NCBI GenBank assembly: GCA_016210055.1
Contig: JACQUZ010000126.1
Location: forward strand, 33,586-97,585
Source of the DNA: Deltaproteobacteria bacterium
GTDB lineage: Bacteria; Myxococcota_A; Polyangia; Haliangiales; SHYZ01
Direction: 5' to 3'
DNA length: 64,000 nt
The notes under the pieces were generated by a model. It was not told where the DNA came from and searched no databases. It was given only the letters and a program-made list of their open reading frames with translations. The position numbers and the translations under genes were made by a program. Shown one piece after another: positions 31,814 through 40,021 of this stretch. How positions within the stretch are numbered: position 1 is the first letter of the stretch; each line of letters starts with the position of its first letter.

Positions 31814-34180
31814 ATGGGAGCCCGCGCCAGCATTCTCTTGGTCGACGACGACGCCCACGTGCGGGCTCTCGTGCGGAGGCTCCTTTGTGGCCGTGGTCAC
31901 GAGGTGATCGAGGCTGATTCATTGGCAGAGGGGCGTGCCACGTTGGAGCAGTCGTGGCCGCACCTCGTGCTCTTGGATCTCGACCTGAAAGACGGCAGTG
32001 GAGAGCGCCTGCTTGATGAGATCCGAGCGCAAGCGACCGGGCCCCACGTCCCGGTGATCGCCCTGGCCGCCATCAACGCCAGCGAGCGGGATGGCCTCGT
32101 GACGAAAGGTTTCGACGATGTGATCGTCAAGCCGTTCGGCCTGCACGACTTCTGTTTCAAGGTCGAATCGCTGCTCGTGCGCTACCAGGGCTTTGGGGCG
32201 GGGACCGTGCTCGTGGTGGATCAGGACGAAGCGCTCTCAAAGCGCGTGGCGTCGGTGCTCGCGCGGAGCGGTTTTGCGGCGCTCACCGCAGCCACTGCCG
32301 CTGAGGCGTCTGATCATGTCGACAAGGGAGGAATCGATTTGATCGTCGTCGACCAGGCGCTTCCCGACATGAAAGGGTCCGAATGGCTGGCTGGCCTGAG
32401 GTCGAGCGGGAACGCCACGAAGGCCATCCTCATAGGGCTCATGGAGGGGGATCCGACGAGTCTCGAGAAGAGCGGTCGTGAGCTCGGTGTGTCTCTTCTG
32501 CTCCAGAAGCCGGTCACGCCGGCCGTGCTGGCCGAGTTCATCGTGAAGGAGATCGCCCAGGCGGCTCCAGATCGAAGGAACGCCATGCGGGAGTCCTTTC
32601 GGGCCCAGGTTACTGCTCGCGAGAGCTTCCAGGGGCGGCTCTTGCGCGTGGCCGGTGCGCTTCATGCGGCATGCGCGCATAAGGACGTCTCGAACCTAGA
32701 GATCATGCAGCGAGAGGTGCACAACCTCGCAGGAACTGCGGGGAGCTACGGATACATGGGTGTGACCGACGCGCTCGCGCAAGTCGACAAGTGCTTGAGC
32801 TGCCTCGCCGAGAAAGACATGGGGTTCTCGACGAGACTCCGGGAGCTCGAGCACTCGGTGAGACACGCTGAGCTCGCCCTGGAGGCGCTGCACGACGCCC
32901 AGGTCCATTCGGTGGCCGAGAAGCGCCCGTTTCAGGTGATGGTGATTGGCGCCGACGAGGGACTTCGGGAGCTCGTTGCGCGTCTCGGTAATGATCGCTT
33001 GTGGGACGTGATCGCCGCGGCGAGCGCCTCGGAGGCGCTCCTCCTCTCACGACAAGCGTCTCCCGACGTCGTGATCGTGGACCACCTGCTTGGCTGTGGG
33101 GAGGATGGCTTCCACCTGGCCAGAGAGCTGCGAGCGATACCCCAATGCACGAGCGTGCCACTGATCTTCATCTCGGGAGAGAGCACGCTCGACCATCGCA
33201 TCGCCGCGGCGCACCTCGGCGCCTCGGCGTTTGTGCACAAGCCAGTGGATCCCGAGGTGATGATTGCCGCCGTGGAGAGTGTCCTGGCCATCAAGTGGGA
33301 CGAACGGCCGCGAGTGCTGGTGGTCGATGACGACTGGTCCTTCTGCCAGCTTGTCACGAGCGTTCTTTCCGACCTAGGGTTGAAGGTGCACTCGCTCCAA
33401 GATCCCTCTCAGATCGTAGACGTGCTCGACGAGACCTGCCCGGATCTCGTCCTCCTCGACGTCGCCATGGCGAACGTCTCCGGCTTCGATATTTGTCGGG
33501 TCGTTCGCACCTCCGAGAGGTGGCGCCATCTTCCCGTGCTTTTCCTTACTCGACTGACTGGAGTGGAGATCCGCACGAGCGCCTTTCAGGCCGGTGCCGA
33601 TGACTACCTGCCGAAGCCGGTGGTCCGGGAGGAGCTTGCCGCCAAGGTCACGGCCATCCTGACGCGCACCCGACTCTTGAGAGAGCGGGCAGACAAGGAT
33701 TTCTTGACCGGGCTCTACCTCCGTCGCGCGTTCCTTGACCGCCTGACCGTGAAGTTTTCCCACGCCAAGAAGACCGGGATTCCGCTAGCCTTGGGCCTCA
33801 TCGACCTGGACCACTTCAAGCAGATCAATGATACCCACGGGCACCTCGCCGGCGATCGAGTCCTAGCGACCCTGGGGAGCCTCCTCGCTCGCCGCTTCCG
33901 CGCGCAGGACCTACGCGGCCGTTGGGGGGGAGAAGAGCTGGTAGTGGCGTTTCCTGGTGAAGACGCACGCACGGTCCACGCGGTGCTCTGCCGCGTGCAG
34001 GAGGAGTTCCGAGAAATCCGCTATCAGTCGGACGAGGGGCACGCGTTCCATGCGACGTTCAGCGCTGGGGTCGCGTGTTTCCCCGACGACGGGAATACCG
34101 TCCCGGCCCTGCTCCGCGTGGCCGATGGCCGGCTCTATCAGGCCAAGGCCGGTGGTCGCGATAGGGTCGTGACCGAGTAA
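31814..34180 (+). CDS. multi-receiver response regulator / diguanylate cyclase (REC-REC-HPt-REC-REC-GGDEF)
   Basis: Four receiver-like modules (ILLVDDD, VLVVDQD, VMVIGAD, VLVVDDD). An HPt-like block (REVHNLAGTAGSYG). A C-terminal GGDEF domain (RWGGEELVVAFPG, with GGEEL active-site variant). Start is ATG 31814 or 31787. Confidence 0.85.
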   Translation: MGARASILLVDDDAHVRALVRRLLCGRGHEVIEADSLAEGRATLEQSWPHLVLLDLDLKDGSGERLLDEIRAQATGPHVPVIALAAINASERDGLVTKGFDDVIVKPFGLHDFCFKVESLLVRYQGFGAGTVLVVDQDEALSKRVASVLARSGFAALTAATAAEASDHVDKGGIDLIVVDQALPDMKGSEWLAGLRSSGNATKAILIGLMEGDPTSLEKSGRELGVSLLLQKPVTPAVLAEFIVKEIAQAAPDRRNAMRESFRAQVTARESFQGRLLRVAGALHAACAHKDVSNLEIMQREVHNLAGTAGSYGYMGVTDALAQVDKCLSCLAEKDMGFSTRLRELEHSVRHAELALEALHDAQVHSVAEKRPFQVMVIGADEGLRELVARLGNDRLWDVIAAASASEALLLSRQASPDVVIVDHLLGCGEDGFHLARELRAIPQCTSVPLIFISGESTLDHRIAAAHLGASAFVHKPVDPEVMIAAVESVLAIKWDERPRVLVVDDDWSFCQLVTSVLSDLGLKVHSLQDPSQIVDVLDETCPDLVLLDVAMANVSGFDICRVVRTSERWRHLPVLFLTRLTGVEIRTSAFQAGADDYLPKPVVREELAAKVTAILTRTRLLRERADKDFLTGLYLRRAFLDRLTVKFSHAKKTGIPLALGLIDLDHFKQINDTHGHLAGDRVLATLGSLLARRFRAQDLRGRWGGEELVVAFPGEDARTVHAVLCRVQEEFREIRYQSDEGHAFHATFSAGVACFPDDGNTVPALLRVADGRLYQAKAGGRDRVVTE

Positions 34181-34211
34181 TTGCGTCGATACGCCTCGAT
34201 CCAGGCTACTT

Positions 34212-34382
34212 TCACCGTGCCTTGACGACGATAACGATCGGCTCGTTGGTGAAGTCGCACTTGCCGCATGAGTCCTTGGGCGGTTCGGAAACCTTCTTCT
34301 TCTTGCCGCCGACAACTGTTCCAAGGGTCAGCTCCCGAATGGTTTCCTTGTTGAGGCTCAACTTGGCGGTGTTCTTGCGCAT
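34212..34382 (-). CDS. 56-aa peptide with double-glycine-type leader (candidate bacteriocin/RiPP precursor); absent from the ORF track because it is under 60 aa
   Basis: Manual translation: MRKNTAKLSLNKETIRELTLGTVVGG-KKKKVSEPPKDSCGKCDFTNEPIVIVVKAR. AAGGAG lies 8 nt upstream of the ATG (34391-34396 on the complement). The leader resembles KLxLNKETIxxL...GG natural-product leaders. Confidence 0.5.
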   Translation of the reverse strand: MRKNTAKLSLNKETIRELTLGTVVGGKKKKVSEPPKDSCGKCDFTNEPIVIVVKAR

Positions 34383-34511
34383 TGTTTTAGCTCCTTAAAA
34401 ATCGATCATGAGTTGATCAAGCTCCCCCTTTCTAATCGGGCGCCTTGGGCCCATCAACGTAAAGGTTTGGCAAAGGTTGGCATTCCGCGGGACCCCCAAG
34501 CGGGGCCTGCC

Positions 34512-34544
34512 TTGGCCAACGGGTGTGATCCCGCCCCATCGGTA
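34512..34544. repeat. IS left terminal inverted repeat
   Basis: ttggccaacgggtgtgatcccgccccatcggta. Confidence 0.8.
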
Positions 34545-34584
34545 AACCGCTCGGGCTGAGCGGGGCACGGAGGCCGAAGGGCCG

Positions 34585-35997
34585 TTGGGGGTGGAAAAAG
34601 AGACGGCGGTGAATTCTCGGTGTAGATGCGGGTTGTTGACGCCTGCAACCTACCGGGAGGACACCGCCGTGACCCAACAATACGACGCCGCGATCGAGGA
34701 AGTCACCCGCATCTTGGTGGATGCGTTATTTGCCGTCGAAAGAGAGGCTATGCATCGACCGCTGGAGTTGGATGCGCCGCTGCGTGAGGTGCTGCGCCGG
34801 GTAGGGCTTGGCGTGATGCAACGTGTGTTGGAATCGCTGTCGGCGGAGGTCACGGCGCGGGCGGAGGCGGCCGACGAGGAGCTGGTGATTCAGCGACGGA
34901 GTATCCTGCCGATGAGCACCCTCTTCGGGCCGGTGGAGGTGGAGTCTCCTTATCTGTGGAGAAAAGGGCGATCGGCGCGCCCCGTCGAGAGCGAGCTTGG
35001 ACTTGGGCGACATCAGCGCAGCGTGGCCGTCGAGCGGGCGCTGACCGACTTCGGCGCCGAGGAATCCTTCGGTCAGGCGGTGGTGCGATTCGAGGAGCAC
35101 TACGGCTGGACGATCGGCCGCACCAGCGCCCTCAAGCTCGTCGAGCGGCGAGCACGGGAGGCGGAGCAGTACGTCGCCGACCGGCTGGCCAAAACAGCGA
35201 CCGCCTTCGAGGAGCCGATCGGGGTACGCCCCGGTGCAGACACTTTGCTCACGGAGCTCGATGGCTGCGAGATCCGCACGGGCCAGCTCGTGCCCGCCGA
35301 AACCGTCGAGAAGACGCCAGTCCGGCAGCAGCCGAAACGGAAGCGCATCGAGGAGTGGCGCGACGTGCGCGTCGGCCTCGTCCGCCGCCTCGACGAGGTG
35401 GAGCGGACGTACGTGGCGAAGATGGACGCCTACCCGGCAGTCGTGGGGCAGCTGTTCCAGGCGGCGGTGGGACGTGGGCTGTCGAGTCGCACGACCACCG
35501 TCGCGGTCGCCGATGGTGGAAACGGTTTGCGCGAGGAGCTTGCAGCACAACTCCCCAACCTGCGGTTCATCTATGACCGACCGCACCTGAAACAGCACCT
35601 GTATGAAGGCGCCGAGGCGGTTGGTCTCAAGGACGCCACGCGCCATCGCTGGGTCGATTCCAAGATGGAGCTACTCGAAAAGGGGCGGTCGGATACGGTC
35701 CTCGCCGAGCTTGACGCACACCGCGGGCGCGGCAAGAAGCGCCTCCAAACCCTACGGCGCCACCTCGCGCGCTTCGCCGACGCGGTGCACTACGAGGCCT
35801 ATCGACAGGCCGGCTATCCCACTGGATCCGGTGAAATCGAGAGCGCCCACCGCTACATTCCGCAGAAACGGTTGAAGCTCCCTGGCGCAAGCTGGAAGCC
35901 GTCGACGATCAATCCCATGCTCGCGCTCCGCGTCGTCCGCGCCAACGGTTGGTGGAACGATTTCTGGCAGAGCCAACGTGATCAGGTAGCCACGTGA
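34585..35997 (+). CDS. ISKra4-family DDE transposase
   Basis: About 440-470 aa. C-terminal block GYPTGSGEIESAHRYIPQKRLKLPGASWKPSTINPMLALRV is typical of ISKra4/UPF0236-type transposases (from memory). The track start is TTG 34585. GTG 34669 (VTQQYDAAIEEV) is an alternative start. Confidence 0.8.
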   Translation: MGVEKETAVNSRCRCGLLTPATYREDTAVTQQYDAAIEEVTRILVDALFAVEREAMHRPLELDAPLREVLRRVGLGVMQRVLESLSAEVTARAEAADEELVIQRRSILPMSTLFGPVEVESPYLWRKGRSARPVESELGLGRHQRSVAVERALTDFGAEESFGQAVVRFEEHYGWTIGRTSALKLVERRAREAEQYVADRLAKTATAFEEPIGVRPGADTLLTELDGCEIRTGQLVPAETVEKTPVRQQPKRKRIEEWRDVRVGLVRRLDEVERTYVAKMDAYPAVVGQLFQAAVGRGLSSRTTTVAVADGGNGLREELAAQLPNLRFIYDRPHLKQHLYEGAEAVGLKDATRHRWVDSKMELLEKGRSDTVLAELDAHRGRGKKRLQTLRRHLARFADAVHYEAYRQAGYPTGSGEIESAHRYIPQKRLKLPGASWKPSTINPMLALRVVRANGWWNDFWQSQRDQVAT

Positions 35998-36011
35998 CCC
36001 AACCGTTGGCC

Positions 36012-36043
36012 TACCGATGGGGCGGGATCACACCCTTGGCCAA
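36012..36043. repeat. IS right terminal inverted repeat
   Basis: taccgatggggcgggatcacacccttggccaa, the reverse complement of the left IR minus one base. Confidence 0.8.
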
Positions 36044-36155
36044 CGAGACCATTGCTTGCCTTCCTTCCCCGTGCGATGGTCCGCTGCTGTCAAAGAGGGA
36101 CCGCTGGATCATGGTGCGCTCTCTCTTTGAGAACGTTCAGGAAGGAAGGAAGAAA

Positions 36156-39100
36156 ATGAGAGTTGCCGTAAAGCCACTGAGCCTGCTTGGGATCGTGCTC
36201 GTCCTTCAAGCCTGCCAAGGTGACGGCCCCGTCGAGGAGAACATCGCGACCTACGACGCCGCGAGCCGCGACAGTGCCGTTCCCGACGCAGGAGCTCCAG
36301 ATGCCTTGGTCATCGACGGGCGAGGAGCGGACGCGGTTTTCGCCGATGCAGCTGGCCCAGATGCGCCTTTGGCGGACGCCTTCGTAGCGGATGCGCGTCC
36401 GGGTGATGTGGATGCTGCCACCTCCGTGGACGCTGCCTCCGAGGTGGATGCCGAGTCAGTGGATGCTTCTTCTTGTGTGGACGACTGTGCTCTCGACCAG
36501 CGCGCGTGCGCGGAAGGCGGGGTGATCGCCTGCGGACAGCATGACGGGGACGAGTGCCTCGAGTGGTCCGCTCCAACTCCCTGCGGGCAGGCGCAGGAAT
36601 GCGAGGATGGCCAGTGTGTTGACCTGGCGCCGCCGGCCAAGATCCTCATCAACGAGGTGGTCTATGACGCGCGCGGCGAAGACACCGCGGACGGCAACAA
36701 CCTCTTCCTGGAGCTCTGGGGCGCACCTGGGCAGTCGCTGGATGGCCACGAAATCGTGGGCATTGATGGAAACGGTGGCCGGGAATACGTGCGGCTCGCG
36801 CTCGATGGGAAGGCGATTGGGCCAGACGGCTACTACCTGATCGTCCATGCCAAGGGCGATCAAGACCTCCGGTCAAAGGCGGACCAGGAGTGGGACAAGG
36901 ACTTCGAAAACGGACCGGACTCGATCCAGCTGCGGTGGAAGGGGCGCATCGTCGACGCGCTAGGCTATGGTCGATTTGAGGCGAGTCACGTGTTCGCTGG
37001 TGAAAAGCGCGCGGCGACCGGCACAAGTTCTGGAAGGAGCCTCACCCGCAACGTGGATCACCTGGACACCGACAATAACTACGACGATTTCAAATTCGCC
37101 GCGACACCCACTCCACGAGGGGCCGGGGAGTGCACGAGCGAATGTGCCCGCGTTGGCGCGACGGACTGCGAGGGGAGCCAGGTGAAGACGTGCGGGAACT
37201 ACGACACGGATGCGTGCTTGGAATGGTCCGCTCCACAGGCGTGCCCAGGGGAGAGCGAGGAGTGCCGTGGCGGGAAGTGCGAGGCGACGTGCACGAGCGA
37301 GTGCACCGCGGGCGTGACGGACTGCGACGGCGCCCAGGTGAAGACGTGCGGGAACTACGACGGGGATGCGTGCTTGGAGTGGGGGACCGCCCAGGACTGC
37401 CCCTCGGGGGAGGCGTGCATTGCCCGGCGTTGCCAGGTTGCGATTCCGCCCTCGGTGCGCCTTGCAGAACCTCGCGGCACGGTCACGACCACGCATGGCC
37501 AAAAACATCGCCTGCTCGCCAGTCCGATTGCCAATGGGGGTCGGAGTATCGCGGAGGTTCGTTTTTATGCCGACGATTCCCTGATTTCGACCGATGCGGC
37601 TTCGCCGTTTGAGGCGAGCTATGAAGTCCCACTCACCACGCCGAATGGAGCAAAGATCGCGCTTGTCGCCAAGGCGATCGATTCCGCCGGACTAGAGGGC
37701 GTATCCGAAGCTGCCACGTTGGACGTGCAGAACTCGCCACCAGTTGCTGAGTTTGGGCTCTCTATTGCCAGCCTTGGGGTGGTGAGCGTAGACGCCAGCG
37801 CGTCGAGTGACGCCGAGTCACCGGTGGAGCTGTGCTGGGATTGGGACAACAACGGCACTTGTGACACTGAATGGGGAACGGCCAGGACCACCACGCACGA
37901 TTACGCAGGCACGGGCATGTTCACCGTCAGGCTCAAGGTGAAGGACAATATTGGGCAAATATCCGAGACGACAAGGGACGTCTTTTTTGTCGACACGCAG
38001 CACGTTGGTCCGGGTTCGAGCGGGACCACGACATGGTACGGGACGATTATCGTTGGCGGTGACATCGTCGTGGAGCAGGGGCAAGTCCTCACCATTGCTG
38101 AGGGGACTCAGGTCTTGTTCTTGTACTCCGACGCCGAGGCGCCCGCTGGGCGTGGGGATTATGGCATTTCCGTGAAGGGCTCGGTCGTCGCAAGGGGCAC
38201 GGCCGAGAGGCCGATAGTGTTTTCTTCATTCGCCCCTGATGCGCGGAGGCCTGGAGGGTGGGATAGGATTACCCTTCAAGGCTCGAGCCCGTCGAGCTTG
38301 AGCTATGTGAAGGTGGAGCACGCTGACCTGGGAATTGAAATCCGTGATGGGTCCTCGTTGAGCCACGTGGATGTGACGGGGGCCGCAATGCATTGCGTCA
38401 TTGTTGAAGCTTCGATAGGACCCGGTCTTTCGCACGTATCTGCGACGCAGTGTGGTGGCGATGGGCTGGCGATCAATCGTTCCCGAAATGCCACGATTAG
38501 CCGATTCTACGCCGCGGGCAATGGCGGAGGTGGAATTACGGCCCGCTATTCGGTCTTCAGCTTGATTGACTCGACGGTAGAGGAAAACAAGTCCCACGGC
38601 ATCTTGGTCTCCGACTCGAAAGCCAACATCACGTATAGCCGTATTGAAAGAAACCAAGGCGCAGGTATTTGGGTAGAGGGATCAGAAGGAATCTTGGCGA
38701 AAAACAACCTCGTTACCGCCAACGGCGACGCTGGGGTATCACTTTGGTCCACCCGGTCATCGCCGCGATCGTCGATCGAGTATTCGAATATCTTCGAAAA
38801 TGCCATGACTGGCACGACGATGGGCAGGGTCATCAGGGGCGGATTGAACCTTAAGGCGAGAGCAGACTACCAAGCTCCGCGGGTCGGTCCGTCGATCTAC
38901 ACCGCCCCCGATGGTGAGACCATCCGCCGGGTTTTTGTCTTTGCGGACGCCCGCACGAGGGCAAGTGACCGGAGTAGCGCCGCGTGGATCACGGATACGA
39001 CACGACCTGCACAGCCGCGGTCCCTTTACCGAATTGAGCCCATGTCCGACGGAGCTAAGAGTGAGTACCAGTCGTGGGTGGTTTTTCCGGAAGGCGTGAC

Positions 39101-39395
39101 ACAAGTCGAGGTCGGGGCACAGGTAGCGCAAGTCGGCACGAACTACTATGGCGAAGCCTCCATTACGGTCACCGCCGTTGAGCTTACGCGCAAGGATCCC
39201 GAGGGGCGCTTCGAGCTAGCCTCGCATGCCGACGAAGAGACGACGATAGCTACCTCAAACTTCTGGACCCCTGTGATCACCGAAGTGCCGAGCAAGATCT
39301 ATAAAAACCGAGACGGGGCCGTGAACTTCTCCGGGGCGTCGGCCTGCGAGTACCCGTGCGGGCTCGTTCCCTCGGTAGGACCTAGGAGCGAATAG
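36156..39395 (+). CDS. large modular lipoprotein: D/A-rich linker, three 8-Cys modules, lamin-tail domain, Ig-like/PKD domain, right-handed parallel beta-helix
   Basis: ATG 36156 follows GGAAGGAAGGA. Lipoprotein signal LLGIVLVLQAC. LTD block ILINEVVYDARGED..LFLELWG..DSIQLRW..VDALGYG. PKD block WDWDNNGTCD..HDYAGTGMFTVRLKVKDNIG. PbH1-type repeats (NRSRNATISRF, NKSHGILVSDS, NQGAGIWVEGS, NGDAGVSLW). Confidence 0.8.
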   Translation: MRVAVKPLSLLGIVLVLQACQGDGPVEENIATYDAASRDSAVPDAGAPDALVIDGRGADAVFADAAGPDAPLADAFVADARPGDVDAATSVDAASEVDAESVDASSCVDDCALDQRACAEGGVIACGQHDGDECLEWSAPTPCGQAQECEDGQCVDLAPPAKILINEVVYDARGEDTADGNNLFLELWGAPGQSLDGHEIVGIDGNGGREYVRLALDGKAIGPDGYYLIVHAKGDQDLRSKADQEWDKDFENGPDSIQLRWKGRIVDALGYGRFEASHVFAGEKRAATGTSSGRSLTRNVDHLDTDNNYDDFKFAATPTPRGAGECTSECARVGATDCEGSQVKTCGNYDTDACLEWSAPQACPGESEECRGGKCEATCTSECTAGVTDCDGAQVKTCGNYDGDACLEWGTAQDCPSGEACIARRCQVAIPPSVRLAEPRGTVTTTHGQKHRLLASPIANGGRSIAEVRFYADDSLISTDAASPFEASYEVPLTTPNGAKIALVAKAIDSAGLEGVSEAATLDVQNSPPVAEFGLSIASLGVVSVDASASSDAESPVELCWDWDNNGTCDTEWGTARTTTHDYAGTGMFTVRLKVKDNIGQISETTRDVFFVDTQHVGPGSSGTTTWYGTIIVGGDIVVEQGQVLTIAEGTQVLFLYSDAEAPAGRGDYGISVKGSVVARGTAERPIVFSSFAPDARRPGGWDRITLQGSSPSSLSYVKVEHADLGIEIRDGSSLSHVDVTGAAMHCVIVEASIGPGLSHVSATQCGGDGLAINRSRNATISRFYAAGNGGGGITARYSVFSLIDSTVEENKSHGILVSDSKANITYSRIERNQGAGIWVEGSEGILAKNNLVTANGDAGVSLWSTRSSPRSSIEYSNIFENAMTGTTMGRVIRGGLNLKARADYQAPRVGPSIYTAPDGETIRRVFVFADARTRASDRSSAAWITDTTRPAQPRSLYRIEPMSDGAKSEYQSWVVFPEGVTQVEVGAQVAQVGTNYYGEASITVTAVELTRKDPEGRFELASHADEETTIATSNFWTPVITEVPSKIYKNRDGAVNFSGASACEYPCGLVPSVGPRSE

Positions 39396-40011
39396 CGGTC
39401 AGCGCGAAAATCCCCGCCTTTCCGTTGGCGCAGGCTTCCTCGTACTCGGCAATACGCTCTCTCAAGCTCAAGAGATATCCCAGCTCGTCCACCCCCCGAA
39501 GCAAGCAGGTCTTCGAGAACTCATCAATCGGGAACGTTACGCTTTCCCCGGTTGGAAGGACCATTGACTGGGACGCTAAATCAATGAGGATCTCGACGCC
39601 CGGCGAGCGGGTGACAAGGTGTACCAGGGCCTTGTGGACCGCCTTTGGAACAACGACGGGGAGCACGCCATTCTTGAGGGCGTTTCCGCGAAAGATGTCC
39701 GCAAACGACGTGCTCACGATGGCCCGGAAGCCAAAATCGGCAAGTGCCCAAGGCGCATGCTCGCGTGAGCTACCGCAGCCAAAATTATCGCCAGCAAGGA
39801 GAACCCTGGCACCCTGGGCCCCCGGCTGATTGAGGATGAATTCGGGGTTGGGCGATCCATCCTCCCGATAACGCCAATCGGCAAACAGGTGACGCCCCAT
39901 CCCGACCTTGTCGGTGGCCTTGAGGACGCGCGCCGGGATGATTTGGTCGGTCTCGATATCTGGGAGCGGCAACAACACCATTCGCGATCGAAGAGTAATG
40001 AATTGGGACAT
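39382..40011 (-). CDS. leuD: 3-isopropylmalate dehydratase small subunit
   Basis: 209 aa. GDNFGCGSSREHAPWAL block. Immediately downstream of leuC. Confidence 0.93.
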   Translation of the reverse strand: MSQFITLRSRMVLLPLPDIETDQIIPARVLKATDKVGMGRHLFADWRYREDGSPNPEFILNQPGAQGARVLLAGDNFGCGSSREHAPWALADFGFRAIVSTSFADIFRGNALKNGVLPVVVPKAVHKALVHLVTRSPGVEILIDLASQSMVLPTGESVTFPIDEFSKTCLLRGVDELGYLLSLRERIAEYEEACANGKAGIFALTAIRS

Positions 40012-40021
40012 GGCGAATCCC

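Larger units (their letters stand above)
34512..36043 (+). mobile_element. ISKra4-like insertion sequence (~1.53 kb)
   Basis: A single transposase ORF bounded by imperfect terminal inverted repeats (34512-34544 vs the reverse complement of 36012-36043, identical except one extra C at 34520). Confidence 0.8.

Noticed and set aside
34455-34480. TGGCA-N5-TGGCA motif (ttggcaaaggttggcatt) resembling a sigma-54 promoter near the IS left end
   Set aside because: The GG-to-GC spacing is one nt short of consensus. It points toward the IS rather than the peptide gene, so it has no supported target.
34502-36052. Target-site duplication flanking the IS
   Set aside because: The flanks (gggcctgcc / cgagaccat) share no direct repeat that I can see. 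I therefore report it as absent or undetected rather than calling one.
35994-36155. N-terminal extension of the LTD lipoprotein ORF beginning inside the IS element
   Set aside because: It would start within the IS right inverted repeat. A much better start (an RBS plus a lipoprotein signal peptide) exists at 36156.
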